Positions 19,845 to 30,613 are shown, counted from the stretch's first letter. The stretch: DNA of 64,000 nt from a bacterium (GCA_965213625.1 CBDBZU010000004.1:4032001-4096000); one strand, 5' to 3'. A program made the numbers and translations. Notes: generated by a model not told the origin, from the letters alone.

Positions 19845-21221
19845 ATGAAAAGTGTAATCATCATTGGAGGGGGAACATCCGGGCTGTGCGCCGCCTACAC
19901 CCTCAAGAAAAACGGGATCAGAGCCACCGTACTCGAAGCAGGCGACAGGGTAGGCGGACGGCTGGGCGGCGACAGGGTGGACGGCTTTCTGCTGGATGAG
20001 GGCGCGGACTTTTTCACCGCTTCCCACGACGTAGCCTTGCGCTTGTGCGAGGAGTTGGGATTGCCCCTGGTTCGTTCGATGATGAAGCTCGGCTGGTATA
20101 AGAATGGCCGCTTCTTCACTACTACGCCGGAGCAAACATTGGCCGGCGTTATCAGCAACCTGCCGGCGCTGTGGAATCTGGGGTTAATCTCACCCCGGGC
20201 GATCCGGTCGAGCATGAAGATGTCCAAGACCATCAAGAATCAGCCGGAGCACCTGAGTTTCGCGAGCAACTCGAGGGTCGCCGAGATTGATAATGAGGAG
20301 AGCGCCACCGACTACATGAAGAAAATCGGCGTGCCGGAGGATATGCGTCTGGCCTTGCGGGGACTCCTCGAGATGACGATGGGTGAGCTGGATGAAATGA
20401 GCGCCGCGTTCGCCCTGACGTTCATGGCGCAAATTTTGATGAAGACCGATGAGCTGTACGTGCCGGAGAAAGGCATCGGTTCCCTGACCCACGCCCTGGC
20501 CGACGCCTGTGGAGCCGACATTCGCGTCTCGACGCCCGTCCAGCGCGTCGTCATCCAAAACGGCGCTGTGACCAGCGTGGTCGTGGATGACGGGCCCATG
20601 GAGGCAGACGCCGTCATCTGCACCACTTCCACCTCGACGACCCTGAAGATAATTCCCGACCTGCCGGACGCAGTTCAACGCGTGTTCCGCAAGGTAAAGT
20701 ACGCGCGCGGGTGCCGGGTGGTTATCGGACTCGACCATCGACCGCTTCCCCCCGGCTGGAACGGCGTGTTGTACCCCGAAGACGAAACGCCCCTGCTGCT
20801 GGACAGATCCATCAACCTGCCCGCCTGTGCGCCGCCGGGCAAGAGCACTCTCGACCTGCTCGTCGGCCGCGACCGCGCCGAGGAATTGTTTCCCCTCGAC
20901 GATGAGGAGATCAAGCGCCGGATGCTCGCCGACGTGCGCCGTCATCCCCTCCCCCCGGGGAGCAACCTCCCCGGCGACGATGATGGGCTGTTCACCCGCG
21001 TGTACCGCTGGCCGGAGGCCCTGTGCATCGGGCCACCCGGGATTTTGAGAGAGATTGCGGAATTGCGACGACAAAACAGCTTGAACGTGAAGAACCTTTT
21101 TCTTGCGGGCGATTGCATGCGGATGCCCTCGGTGAACGGCGCCCTGGCAAGCGGCGAGGACGCGGCCGAAGAGGTTGTGGCGTTGCTGGCGTCCCGTTCC
21201 GCACAAGCAGCCGACGCCTGA
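19845..21221 (+). CDS. FAD-dependent oxidoreductase (amine oxidase / HemY-like family)
   Basis: GGGTSGL dinucleotide motif, LEAGDRVGGR, LDEGA, LFLAGD..VNGALASG. Confidence 0.85.
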   Translation: MKSVIIIGGGTSGLCAAYTLKKNGIRATVLEAGDRVGGRLGGDRVDGFLLDEGADFFTASHDVALRLCEELGLPLVRSMMKLGWYKNGRFFTTTPEQTLAGVISNLPALWNLGLISPRAIRSSMKMSKTIKNQPEHLSFASNSRVAEIDNEESATDYMKKIGVPEDMRLALRGLLEMTMGELDEMSAAFALTFMAQILMKTDELYVPEKGIGSLTHALADACGADIRVSTPVQRVVIQNGAVTSVVVDDGPMEADAVICTTSTSTTLKIIPDLPDAVQRVFRKVKYARGCRVVIGLDHRPLPPGWNGVLYPEDETPLLLDRSINLPACAPPGKSTLDLLVGRDRAEELFPLDDEEIKRRMLADVRRHPLPPGSNLPGDDDGLFTRVYRWPEALCIGPPGILREIAELRRQNSLNVKNLFLAGDCMRMPSVNGALASGEDAAEEVVALLASRSAQAADA

Positions 21222-21361
21222 TTCTTATTGGTCTCATATCGACGAGAGGGAATTATAGTGCGCGCTCTTCTCGCCCGGGATACATCGGATGTCAAGTCCA
21301 CGCTCTTTTTGCTGATCATCCAAGGACATCTTTTTCACGTTCCAAAGAAAGAGGAGACATC

Positions 21362-22213
21362 ATGCGTCAATGCATTTCCATTGGGCTGAGTATCGTCATC
21401 GCCGCGATCTTGTCGGGCTGCGGCGGTAGTGGTGGCGGCAGCGGCAGTAGCGGCGGCGACGTGACGGCGCCTGTTTCGATGGAACAGGAAATTCATAATC
21501 GAATCGGCGAGATAGGAATGAAAGCTACCCGGATAATCAGCACGGATCTGGTGGTGACCGCCAGCCCGATACCATTACCGGCCGAGCGCTTCCCGGTAGT
21601 GTGCGCTGAGGATAGCTGCACCGCAATGCTGCCGACCGGTCCACTGCATTACAACACCGTGGAGGCCACCACTTTCACATCGGAGCAGGATTCGAAAACC
21701 ATTGGAACACGAAACGGCGTCAATCTGAGAGAAACGGTAGGGGGTGATGAAGCGTTTGACGTGATTGATTTCCGGGGGCTGAGCGGATGGTTGGAATATA
21801 GTGTTTTCAGCGCAGACCGGAGCACATTCACCGGCGGCATCCGGTGGATTGGAGGCGCATCGGCCGGACTGCACAGCGGCACGAATCCGGTGTCGGGATC
21901 TTTCACGTGGACGGGCGCCATGTCCGGCCTCGATAAGCTGGCCGACGAAGACCCGCTCATCGGAGACGCCACGATTACATTCGATATGGCGCGCCAGGTC
22001 CTCGACCTGGCTTTCACCAATATCGCCACCCTTGATGACGGCCGAAAATACGACGACATGAACTGGAATGACGTGCAGGTCACGGATGGTCATTTCAGCG
22101 AGGGAGCCGATACGGATTCATTATCCGGATATTTCTTTGGCCCGAACCATGAAGAAGTGAGCGGCGTTTTCGAGCGAAGGCATATTGTCGGCGCGTTCGG
22201 CGCGAACCGATAA
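21362..22213 (+). CDS. Lipoprotein with TbpB-like beta-barrel C-terminal domain
   Basis: Lipobox ILSGC followed by Gly/Ser linker; TWTGAM..GYFFGPNHEEVSGVF..GAFGA. Confidence 0.7.
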   Translation: MRQCISIGLSIVIAAILSGCGGSGGGSGSSGGDVTAPVSMEQEIHNRIGEIGMKATRIISTDLVVTASPIPLPAERFPVVCAEDSCTAMLPTGPLHYNTVEATTFTSEQDSKTIGTRNGVNLRETVGGDEAFDVIDFRGLSGWLEYSVFSADRSTFTGGIRWIGGASAGLHSGTNPVSGSFTWTGAMSGLDKLADEDPLIGDATITFDMARQVLDLAFTNIATLDDGRKYDDMNWNDVQVTDGHFSEGADTDSLSGYFFGPNHEEVSGVFERRHIVGAFGANR

Positions 22214-22416
22214 AAGGGATCAATGACCGTCGGTCCATGCTGCCTGGGAGCGAGCGTCTTGAGGCGCGTTCCCATGCTCTGTCTGTTTTCACGTTCATCT
22301 ACTTTGCGCCGGTGAGGGGTTGAAGGAGACTCGACTTGAAAGAAACCAAGGTTCGCATGAACACTCTTTTGGAAACCTCCGTATTCTGGAATCTCTTCTC
22401 CAGAGCGAGAGCCACG

Positions 22417-25400
22417 ATGAGATTTTACGAGCCGCGGATCCCCGTGCGAAGCATCGCAGCCGCGGTTCTCGTATCCTTTCTGGCTGCCGGACCGGCCATG
22501 GCGCAGAACCGTGAAGCGATTTGCGAGCCCGTCGGCGGGAACCCCGCTGCTCAGGTCTGCACGGGGTCGGACTACACCGGCATCCATTACTCCCCGCAGG
22601 ACGTGCCGCAGGATGGACTGGACCTGACGATCGTGGGCGGCTCCGATAAGGCGGGCACCATTACGATCATCGGACAGGGCCTCCAGGCGCCGTTGCCGAA
22701 CGGACAAAGCATCGAGGTGATGGATCACAGCATTTCCGTGGAGTCTGCGGCTGAGGCCGCCGTTTCCGTAACGCTCGAAGGTCACACACGAATCCAGACA
22801 GACGGTGTAGGTGGCCACGGCATCAACGTGAGACAGCACCGGGCCGGCTCGTTGGACGTCACGGTGAACGGCGGTCCGATCATCACGGGGGGCCAGAACG
22901 CTTATGGCGTGAACGCCGAGCATCTGGGCAAAGGCGACATCTCCATCACAGTCGGGAAGGGCGCCGACATCACGGCGAAACGCGAGGGAAGCAACGCCGT
23001 GCAAGGATTCCAGCATCACGACGGCTCCGTAACCATTCGGGTCGAGGAAGACGCCGTCTTAAGAGGAGCGCCAGGACTTGGCAGGGGCATTGCCGCCTTC
23101 TTGACGAACGATGAAAACAGCGGCCGCATCGTAATCGACAACAAAGGGACAATCCTGGGTGGTTCCTTGACGGAGGGCATCCTCGCATGGGCCCGCCGCA
23201 GAAGCGGGCATATCGGCTACACCAGAGAGGACGGCGGGAGGCAAGCTCCCGTGGAGATAATGAACGACGGGGCCCGTGAGGAGCCGCTGATCCATATCGT
23301 CTCGAGCGGAACGATACGGGTCGGTGATCCGGATATCATCGGCCTGCCGGCCCAGCCGGATCCACAATCGCTCTCCCTCGGGATCAACCTCGGCATCGTC
23401 AATGGACTCCTCAAACCTCCACTTCCCCCGGCCGGAGCGGGGATCCGGGCATACGCGGTCGACCTGGTGGATATGCTGGTTCATGTCGCCACGCCAAAAA
23501 TCCTGACACCTGACGAGTTAACGATCCTCGCCGCTCAGCTGCAGATCCCTTCTCCCCCCGAACTGACGCCTGCGCAAGTGCTGGCGGGTGCGCTCGGCGC
23601 AGTCGACGCACGAGGAAATCCCCTGCCCGTAAAGGTCCTCTCGCCAGCGGAAGCGGAGGTCATTCGCGAAATCCTGAATGACACCGGCGAGGATCGCCTG
23701 AAGGAGGCGCTCGATAATTTGACGTTGGCGACCTCACCAGAATACACGGAAGCCTACAAGAACAGAGTCCGCGAATTCGAGGTGAGCTACAACGCCGGCG
23801 ACATCCTGATTGAAGTGACGGGCGGAAGCATCACGTCCTTCGACGGTTTTGGCATTCACGCCGGCTATCCCATACCGAGCAGTATGAGAAACGGCGAGGT
23901 TCGCGTTTCCGTATCGCAGGGAGCCTCCGTGACGGGTTATCTCGACGGCATCAGGCTGGCCACGGGCGGCATTGTCGACGGCAGGCGCCAACACTTCGTT
24001 CACGTCGCAGGTGAAGTCACGGGACAGTTCGGCGTCGGTGTTCATCCGGTCGCAGGCGGCGACGTGACGGTCGCGCGCACCGGCAGGGTATCCGGATATA
24101 CTGGCATTTATTTCGCCGGAGGCACGGGCAACGGTGATTTCCCCGTCACGAACAACGTGGCGAGGGTGTTCGGCGAGGTGGCGTCGACCGGCCCCTTGCT
24201 CCAGACGATAACGGACCCCCTGACCCGGGAAGTAACCAACGTCAGACACGCAGGAATCAAACTCGAAGGCGGCGGTACAGTGATCGTCGGTCCGCACGCG
24301 CGGATCACGGCGCAATCGGGGGTGGCGATCCTCGGCGAACCATGGAGCGCAAGGCCCAACGCGCCCGCCGACGTCGCAGTGGTGATTGAGCCGGGCGGGA
24401 ACATCGAGCAACGGATTCAGGGCGCTATCAGGAATCTACCTGGCGCCGACGGAGCCTCGCGCGCCCCCCGGATATACCTTCAGCCGGGCAATCGCGCCCT
24501 GCCATTGACTGAAGGAAGCAAGATGCCGCTCGGCGTCTGGGACGTCAGCCTACAAGATGATAACGGAGACATCTCCGTAACAAGTGAATGCGGCGCGCGT
24601 GCGCAGGTGTACGAGGCGCTGCCATTCGTGTTGACGGATCAGGCCCGCCTCGCGACTTACCAGGAGAGGATGCTTGCCGCGCGCAACACCCAGGGTTTCT
24701 GGGTCCGCCCCACATTCGGCGGCGGCAAGTGGAGCGCTAAGACCTCGACATACGGCGGGACCTCCTACGATTACGATGGCTATCGGCTGGAAGGCGGGCT
24801 CGATATTCCCACTGGCAAGCACGTCACCCTCGGCGTAGCGGCGCACCACCGCCGCAGTTCCGTGGATGTCGGAGGCGTCGGCGAAATTACGCTGGCGGGC
24901 GAGGGGTTGAGTCTTTCCGGCGCCCTGGATAACGGGCGCTACTATGTCGACGGCCAGATTGCGATAGGCTGGCACCGCCTGGATATGAACGCCGCCTCCC
25001 TGGGCGCCATCGCGTCGGACGTTTCCGGTTCCGATTATGCGTTGGGAATCGAGGTCGGCCGCCTTACCGAAATGGGCAGTCTGCTCCTTACGCCGAGAAC
25101 AGGATTGGCCTACTCTTCGTTCTCACTGGATGATTTCACCGCCGGGGCGTCCACCGGCGGCGGCGCGGTTTCGGTGGAAGACGCCGAGAGCATGGTGGGC
25201 CGCGTGGGCCTTCTTGTGGAGAAGGGCGAGGAGGATGCGCGCCGCCTGTTCGCGTCGGTGGACATCGAGCACCAGTTCCTGGGCGCCGAGAAATCGATTA
25301 TCGTCGCGAGCACGAAATTGTCGGCGCGCGCCCACCCGACCCGGGTCCGCTTGGGTCTCGGCGGCAGTATGCGACTGGGCGATCGCGTGCCGCTTCTTCA

Positions 25401-25479
25401 GGGGCAGCTCGGGTTCACGACGGCGGGAAACAGCACCTACGACTTCCTCGCGGAAATGAAAATGAAGTTCAGCTTTTAG
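22417..25479 (+). CDS. Autotransporter (type Va) outer-membrane protein
   Basis: Signal peptide ending PAMA, Gly/Thr-rich beta-helix-like passenger, C-terminal barrel (FWVRPTFG, LTPRTGLAY) ending in F. Confidence 0.85.
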   Translation: MRFYEPRIPVRSIAAAVLVSFLAAGPAMAQNREAICEPVGGNPAAQVCTGSDYTGIHYSPQDVPQDGLDLTIVGGSDKAGTITIIGQGLQAPLPNGQSIEVMDHSISVESAAEAAVSVTLEGHTRIQTDGVGGHGINVRQHRAGSLDVTVNGGPIITGGQNAYGVNAEHLGKGDISITVGKGADITAKREGSNAVQGFQHHDGSVTIRVEEDAVLRGAPGLGRGIAAFLTNDENSGRIVIDNKGTILGGSLTEGILAWARRRSGHIGYTREDGGRQAPVEIMNDGAREEPLIHIVSSGTIRVGDPDIIGLPAQPDPQSLSLGINLGIVNGLLKPPLPPAGAGIRAYAVDLVDMLVHVATPKILTPDELTILAAQLQIPSPPELTPAQVLAGALGAVDARGNPLPVKVLSPAEAEVIREILNDTGEDRLKEALDNLTLATSPEYTEAYKNRVREFEVSYNAGDILIEVTGGSITSFDGFGIHAGYPIPSSMRNGEVRVSVSQGASVTGYLDGIRLATGGIVDGRRQHFVHVAGEVTGQFGVGVHPVAGGDVTVARTGRVSGYTGIYFAGGTGNGDFPVTNNVARVFGEVASTGPLLQTITDPLTREVTNVRHAGIKLEGGGTVIVGPHARITAQSGVAILGEPWSARPNAPADVAVVIEPGGNIEQRIQGAIRNLPGADGASRAPRIYLQPGNRALPLTEGSKMPLGVWDVSLQDDNGDISVTSECGARAQVYEALPFVLTDQARLATYQERMLAARNTQGFWVRPTFGGGKWSAKTSTYGGTSYDYDGYRLEGGLDIPTGKHVTLGVAAHHRRSSVDVGGVGEITLAGEGLSLSGALDNGRYYVDGQIAIGWHRLDMNAASLGAIASDVSGSDYALGIEVGRLTEMGSLLLTPRTGLAYSSFSLDDFTAGASTGGGAVSVEDAESMVGRVGLLVEKGEEDARRLFASVDIEHQFLGAEKSIIVASTKLSARAHPTRVRLGLGGSMRLGDRVPLLQGQLGFTTAGNSTYDFLAEMKMKFSF

Positions 25480-25765
25480 GGAGCGACCCGGGCCGACGCG
25501 TGAGATTCGCGGCGCCGGACTATCTCCTCCCCGGGGAAGTTCGACTCCTTCCCGGGTCGAGGCTGACACGCATCTGCCCGCATCTGCCGTGGCCGGGCGC
25601 CCGCGGCGGTGAGGTATGATGAGAAGGCCCTCCGCCTGTCTCCGGTTTTTTCAGGGGGCGGGTCGCGCGCCGGTCGCAGGCGCCATGTGGCCGCCCCGCC
25701 CAGGCGCAGATCGAAAAATATGCAAATAATAATATCTGAAAATTTCGATAAAATTAGACAAATTC

Positions 25766-25956
25766 ACGGGGTTTTTCAATAAATTTCCGGCTATTTATTT
25801 TGCTGGGAAACGACGCCGCGGAACAACGACGCAGGAGAATTCTGCCATGGACAGCTATTCACGCGCAGACGGCAATTGCGCGGACTTGCGGGGAGTTGCG
25901 GGGGAAGTGAGCGGAATTTCGTGAATCGGCGGGTTTGTCGTAGAATTCGAGGCGCT
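25766..25956 (+). repeat. ~190-bp non-coding repeat, inverted partner of 39528-39705
   Basis: Shared blocks CTGGGAAA.GACGC, GCAGG.GAATTCTGCCATGG, GCGGGGAGTTGCGGGG, AATTTCGTGAATCGGCGG.TTT.TCGTAGAAT. Confidence 0.85.
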
Positions 25957-26018
25957 ATGCGCACCGCCATGGCTCGGCGATATTTTCATAAGTAACTGAT
26001 AATTATTATCTTATCGAT

Positions 26019-27260
26019 TCATTCGATGACGACATGCTCGCGAGTGGGTTCTCCCAGGTGCTCCATGCCCGTCTCTGTGACGAGCACGGTATATTCCGCA
26101 TGCACGCCGCCCTCCCCGAATTTGCCGGAGGGCAATTCCACCGAGAGCACCGCGCCCGCCGGCAGGGAAATGTCTGAATTTGCAGGCAAAAACGGATCGT
26201 CGAGCTTCACGGGCTCGCTCAGCGTATAGGGCAGTTCGCGCGCCTCGATGCCTATCGTGTGCCCGCAGAAGGCGCCGTTGTAGCGCGGCAGGCCCGATTT
26301 TTTCGCCGCCGCCACCGCCGCGCGAAAGATCCCGGATGGCTTCACACCCGCCCTGATAACGCCGAAAGCGGCCTCCAGCCCCGCCTGGATGGCGCTCCAC
26401 TGCGCCTTGCGCTCCGCGTTCGGCTCGCCGAACGAGCCGCAACAACCCACATCCCCACAATAGTGGTTCAGCCGCATCCCCGCATCGAAGAAAAACCCGT
26501 CTCCGGGCTCGAATTTCCGATCAGAAGGTGGAAAAATGGACGCCGAACGCCTCCCGCCACCCAGATGAAACCAACTCCATTTGCCGCCTGCTGCGGCCAC
26601 GGTGCGGTAGTAGTGGCTCGCCACCTCGCGCTCGGTTCGCCCCACGACCATCCCCTCGTGAAACGCGACGACGGCTTGTTCGTTCAAGAGCGCCGCGGCG
26701 CGCATGCGCTCGATCTCTTCTTCCGTTTTTTGAAGGCGAATCAGCCGAAACAGGCTTGAGGCATCCATAAAAGATACACCCGGTAGAGCCGCTTCCAGGG
26801 CACCGCGCGTAGCCGGGCGAATACCTTCGTTATCGAGCGCCACTTTCCCGCTCGACAAACCCCGCTCACGCAATATCCTGAGCAGAGCGTCCACAGAATT
26901 CGCCTCGCGCGGGGCGTCTTCGGCGATGAGAGATATGTAATTCCTCTCTTCTTCGGTAGCTCCCGCTTCGCCGGGCGCCATATCGAGCGCCGAGCGGGGG
27001 CCGTAGCCCCTCACATCCTCGATCCACGAACCCGTCGCCGCGTAGTAGGTCTCATCCTGACGGGAAAGTATCAGCCCGGGCGGAGAAGACTGATCCCGAA
27101 AGAACAGTGCGAAAGTCTCCGTCGTGGCATCGCCATAGGTATATTGCGCCCAGCCCTGAAAACCCGAGAGATACAAGACGTTGTGCCTTGTCGTGGCTAT
27201 CAGCGCGTCGAGATCGAACCTCTCCATGAATTCGAGCGCGCGTTCCTTATGAAAAAGCAT
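26019..27260 (-). CDS. Xaa-Pro peptidase (M24) family protein
   Basis: Creatinase-like N-domain, KTEEEIERMRAAA, FDAG..GDVG, GHTIG..E, VE..EYTVLVTETG. Confidence 0.85.
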   Translation of the reverse strand: MLFHKERALEFMERFDLDALIATTRHNVLYLSGFQGWAQYTYGDATTETFALFFRDQSSPPGLILSRQDETYYAATGSWIEDVRGYGPRSALDMAPGEAGATEEERNYISLIAEDAPREANSVDALLRILRERGLSSGKVALDNEGIRPATRGALEAALPGVSFMDASSLFRLIRLQKTEEEIERMRAAALLNEQAVVAFHEGMVVGRTEREVASHYYRTVAAAGGKWSWFHLGGGRRSASIFPPSDRKFEPGDGFFFDAGMRLNHYCGDVGCCGSFGEPNAERKAQWSAIQAGLEAAFGVIRAGVKPSGIFRAAVAAAKKSGLPRYNGAFCGHTIGIEARELPYTLSEPVKLDDPFLPANSDISLPAGAVLSVELPSGKFGEGGVHAEYTVLVTETGMEHLGEPTREHVVIE

Positions 27261-27286
27261 GAACATCCTCAAGTAAGAATAGTGAA

Positions 27287-30200
27287 CTATGTTAGGGGTT
27301 CAGAAATCTTATAATCCTTGATTTGCCGGATTAGCGGAATCGCGCCGCAAACCAGGCCCGCTACCAGCATGGTGATACTGAAGAAAATGACGAACAAAAT
27401 AAACGTGATGAAGCAGACGAACAACAGGATTCGCTCGTATTTATAAAGCCTCCCCAGAAGCCAGCCTTGTGTTCCCGCCGAAAAAGCGATGAAGCCCAGG
27501 AGCGTCATGGATGCGGAGAGAGCGACACGCAAAGGATGCGCGAACGTAAGCAGGGCCGGGTCAAACATGAACAAAAACGGCACGATAAAGCCGACGATGG
27601 CGAAGCGAAGAGACATCATGGACGTCTGGAAATAGGACGCGCCCGCCAGCTTGGCTCCCACGAGCGAAGCTATCGCCACGGGCGGCGTTATGGCGGAGAG
27701 AATCGCGAAATAGAAGATGAACATATGGGCGGCTACCCGGTCTCCTTTGGCGGCCACGAACTCCTTCACCCATTCGGCTCCGTACACATGCGTAAGTTCA
27801 GGACCCACGAGTTTAATCAGTACGGGGCCGCCCAGAATAGCGAGCAGCACGTATGCCGCCGTCGTCGGCATGCCCATTCCCAATATCGCACAGCAAATCG
27901 CAGTGAGCAGGAGCGCAACGAAGAAACCATCGAGACCAATATAATACGCGCACCCGCCGCCCGCCGCAGGGCCGAAGAAGCAGATATCCTGGGCGAGAGC
28001 CTCGATCATATAGGCGAATTTATTTCCCACGCCCGTGATGGTCAAAACCTGCACGACGACTTCGATGGTGGCCAGCGTCACGGCGAACTCCGCCCCTTGC
28101 CTTCCACCTACCCTCAAGGCATCGCGAATGCTGAAAATCCAGTTCGAGGCGCTCTGCGCGGCTTCTACGCCTGCGCCCGTCTCGCCCGTATTCTTTGCCC
28201 GCTGCAGGTAGGTAAACGGATTACAAGATACGGCCAGCACCTGTTTCATGCTCGGCGTCGCGCTATCGGCGTCAGATTCTTGCGAGCCGAATGAAAAGAT
28301 AACCTTCTGCACGATAATGGCCAATCCAAAAAAGATCAGGCCGTCATAGATGAACCCGAAGGGAACGAACCATTCGCCAAAATTCGCTATTCCGGGGGCG
28401 AGAGCGTAAATCCCTTTTTGCACGTAATACGCACCCACCCAAATCATGACGAAATACCAGGGTATGGTCGTAGTAGGTTGCGCCCCATTCCCCCTTAAAA
28501 CAGACCATGCACTGAGCAAAGCAAGCACAATGGCGGCCCCCGCCACGCCGGAAGACCAGCCGAAAGCACTCCATAAGGCCAGCAAAGTGAGCGGGAAGAC
28601 GGCTAGCCAGCTACGCTCTATCTCATTCCAGAATTCACCCACCCAGGAGAAGGTGCGGGTGAAAACACTTACCAGAACGAACCCGGTGACACCCAATGCC
28701 AGAGCGGCCCGTATGGCGCCGCCCCAAGTTGGTTTTCCGTATATCCCCAGTGGCACTCCGAATCCCAATTCGAAAATCGAGAAAACGGCAAACAGGAAGA
28801 AAGCGAAAACCCAAAACGTGACCGGCACGAAAACGAATATTTCATCGGCAATGGTCTTATCGCCCCTCCTCATCGTGCCCAGAAATTCCGCCACTCTCCG
28901 GTAAAACCAAACGCCCACCATGATGAAAACCGACATGACGCCCGCAAACACGGGTGTTCTGCCCTCGAAGAGGAAATAGACCAAAAAGGCCAGGGGCACG
29001 AGGTAGAACCATCCGTTCTTCAGTTCCTTTTTCCAACTTGGGATCTCGGATTCGGGCAATGGCTTGATATTCAGCGCACCGGCCGCAAAGTGGATGTTAA
29101 TCCCAACAATGGTGAAATATAAAATGGCCGGTATGGTGGCGTATCCGATAAGCTGGAAATACGGCACTTCGATTAGTTCACTCATGATGAAGGCGCCCGC
29201 CCCCATGACAGGCGGCATGATTTGCCCCCCGCTGCTAGCCGCTGCTTCCGCCGCTCCAGCGATGTGCGGGCTCAGCCCGATTCGCTTCATCAGGGGAATC
29301 GTGAATGTGCCTGTGGTCACGACGTTACCGGATGCGCTGCCCGACACCGTACCCATGAGCGCGCTCGACCCCACTGCGGCGAGACCGGCGCCTGCACGCA
29401 TTTTCCCGAACAGACCCAAAGCGAAATTCACGAAAAAGCGGCCGGCGCCCGATTCATGCAGAAACGCCCCCAGAATGAGGAACATGATGATAAACGTCGC
29501 CGAAATGACGACCAGAAAACCCAATACACCACCGATAAAGTCCGTCGAGAGTTTCGCCTGAAGTTCGAGCCATGTATGGCCGCCGTGCCCGAAAGGAGGC
29601 GCAAAGAGATTGCCCCAAATGCCATAGACGAAAGCAATAACCGCCAATGTCGGAAGGGGAGGTCCGAAACAACGCCTCGTCAATTCGATAGCGACGACGA
29701 GCATGACAAAGCCGACGCGCGCATCGCCAATCGTCGGGGCGCCGGGGCGATCGACCATCTCTTCATGGTAGTAGAACAAGTACAGGCAGGCGGTTGCTAC
29801 GAAAAAAAGCATCCCGGCGTTCAGGCCCATCGTGAACCCCGCCGGAAAAGGATGCGCAGGGTATTCTTCAAATACCTCTTTGATTCGTCTTTTGGCCCAA
29901 AAAAGAGGAAAAGCGAACACAACTACCGGCCAAAGGGACAAGACGCTTCTCACCTCATCGCTTTGCCCGGCCCATAAACCAACCCGCCATCCGATCAGAA
30001 TAAGCGCAACAAAAAACACCGCGAGGAAAACGCCTGCTTTTTTCACCCCCTCGGCAGGCCTGAAGAAAACGGCGAACAAGGTCCACATCACAGGAATGGC
30101 GGAGCATGCGATTATAAGCCACCAGTGCGTCGGTTCATGCGTGCTTTCGGGCAAAGAATCCCAATACAGGAACAGTATCGGCGCAGGAACAAAACTCAAA

Positions 30201-30613
30201 ACCCATAGCAAAAGCGCGAGCCATGACTTCTCGACGACCATCATCGCTATCCATAAAGCGAACGGAAGCGCATAAACCCACCAAACACTCCAGTCAGACC
30301 AACCTTCCCCCATCTCATAGACGAAATAATAAAAAATGACTGCGGGAACCAGGGACAAAAGATAAAAAACGGGAAGAAAGTTCAATTTGCGAATTTTGTC
30401 CCCATAAATCTGAGGCATCGCCCCGGCGCCACCGATGAGGAGAATCGTATAGGCCAACAGCATGTGCATGTTGGGGTGCATCTCACCCGGTAAAGGCCGC
30501 AGATAGACTGCGGAAACGTGGTACAAACCCGACAGCACACATAACCATGAAGCGATGAAAACCAGAGCCCTTACGAGAGGAGCCGATTGGGTGGGGTCTG
30601 ATTCAGTACTCAT
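27287..30613 (-). CDS. TRAP transporter fused (4TM/12TM) permease with large hydrophobic insertions
   Basis: GTVSGSASGNVVTTGTFTIPLMK, EAAASSGGQIMPPVMGAGAF, LGMGMPTTAAY, SAITPPVA; ~1108 aa. Confidence 0.9.
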   Translation of the reverse strand: MSTESDPTQSAPLVRALVFIASWLCVLSGLYHVSAVYLRPLPGEMHPNMHMLLAYTILLIGGAGAMPQIYGDKIRKLNFLPVFYLLSLVPAVIFYYFVYEMGEGWSDWSVWWVYALPFALWIAMMVVEKSWLALLLWVLSFVPAPILFLYWDSLPESTHEPTHWWLIIACSAIPVMWTLFAVFFRPAEGVKKAGVFLAVFFVALILIGWRVGLWAGQSDEVRSVLSLWPVVVFAFPLFWAKRRIKEVFEEYPAHPFPAGFTMGLNAGMLFFVATACLYLFYYHEEMVDRPGAPTIGDARVGFVMLVVAIELTRRCFGPPLPTLAVIAFVYGIWGNLFAPPFGHGGHTWLELQAKLSTDFIGGVLGFLVVISATFIIMFLILGAFLHESGAGRFFVNFALGLFGKMRAGAGLAAVGSSALMGTVSGSASGNVVTTGTFTIPLMKRIGLSPHIAGAAEAAASSGGQIMPPVMGAGAFIMSELIEVPYFQLIGYATIPAILYFTIVGINIHFAAGALNIKPLPESEIPSWKKELKNGWFYLVPLAFLVYFLFEGRTPVFAGVMSVFIMVGVWFYRRVAEFLGTMRRGDKTIADEIFVFVPVTFWVFAFFLFAVFSIFELGFGVPLGIYGKPTWGGAIRAALALGVTGFVLVSVFTRTFSWVGEFWNEIERSWLAVFPLTLLALWSAFGWSSGVAGAAIVLALLSAWSVLRGNGAQPTTTIPWYFVMIWVGAYYVQKGIYALAPGIANFGEWFVPFGFIYDGLIFFGLAIIVQKVIFSFGSQESDADSATPSMKQVLAVSCNPFTYLQRAKNTGETGAGVEAAQSASNWIFSIRDALRVGGRQGAEFAVTLATIEVVVQVLTITGVGNKFAYMIEALAQDICFFGPAAGGGCAYYIGLDGFFVALLLTAICCAILGMGMPTTAAYVLLAILGGPVLIKLVGPELTHVYGAEWVKEFVAAKGDRVAAHMFIFYFAILSAITPPVAIASLVGAKLAGASYFQTSMMSLRFAIVGFIVPFLFMFDPALLTFAHPLRVALSASMTLLGFIAFSAGTQGWLLGRLYKYERILLFVCFITFILFVIFFSITMLVAGLVCGAIPLIRQIKDYKISEPLT

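Noticed and set aside
25484-25560. tRNA-like segment containing GTTCGACTCC after the autotransporter
   Set aside because: No proper D-arm, anticodon arm or CCA end, and the T-stem does not pair canonically; more simply a GC-rich hairpin. tRNAscan-SE/ARAGORN would settle it.
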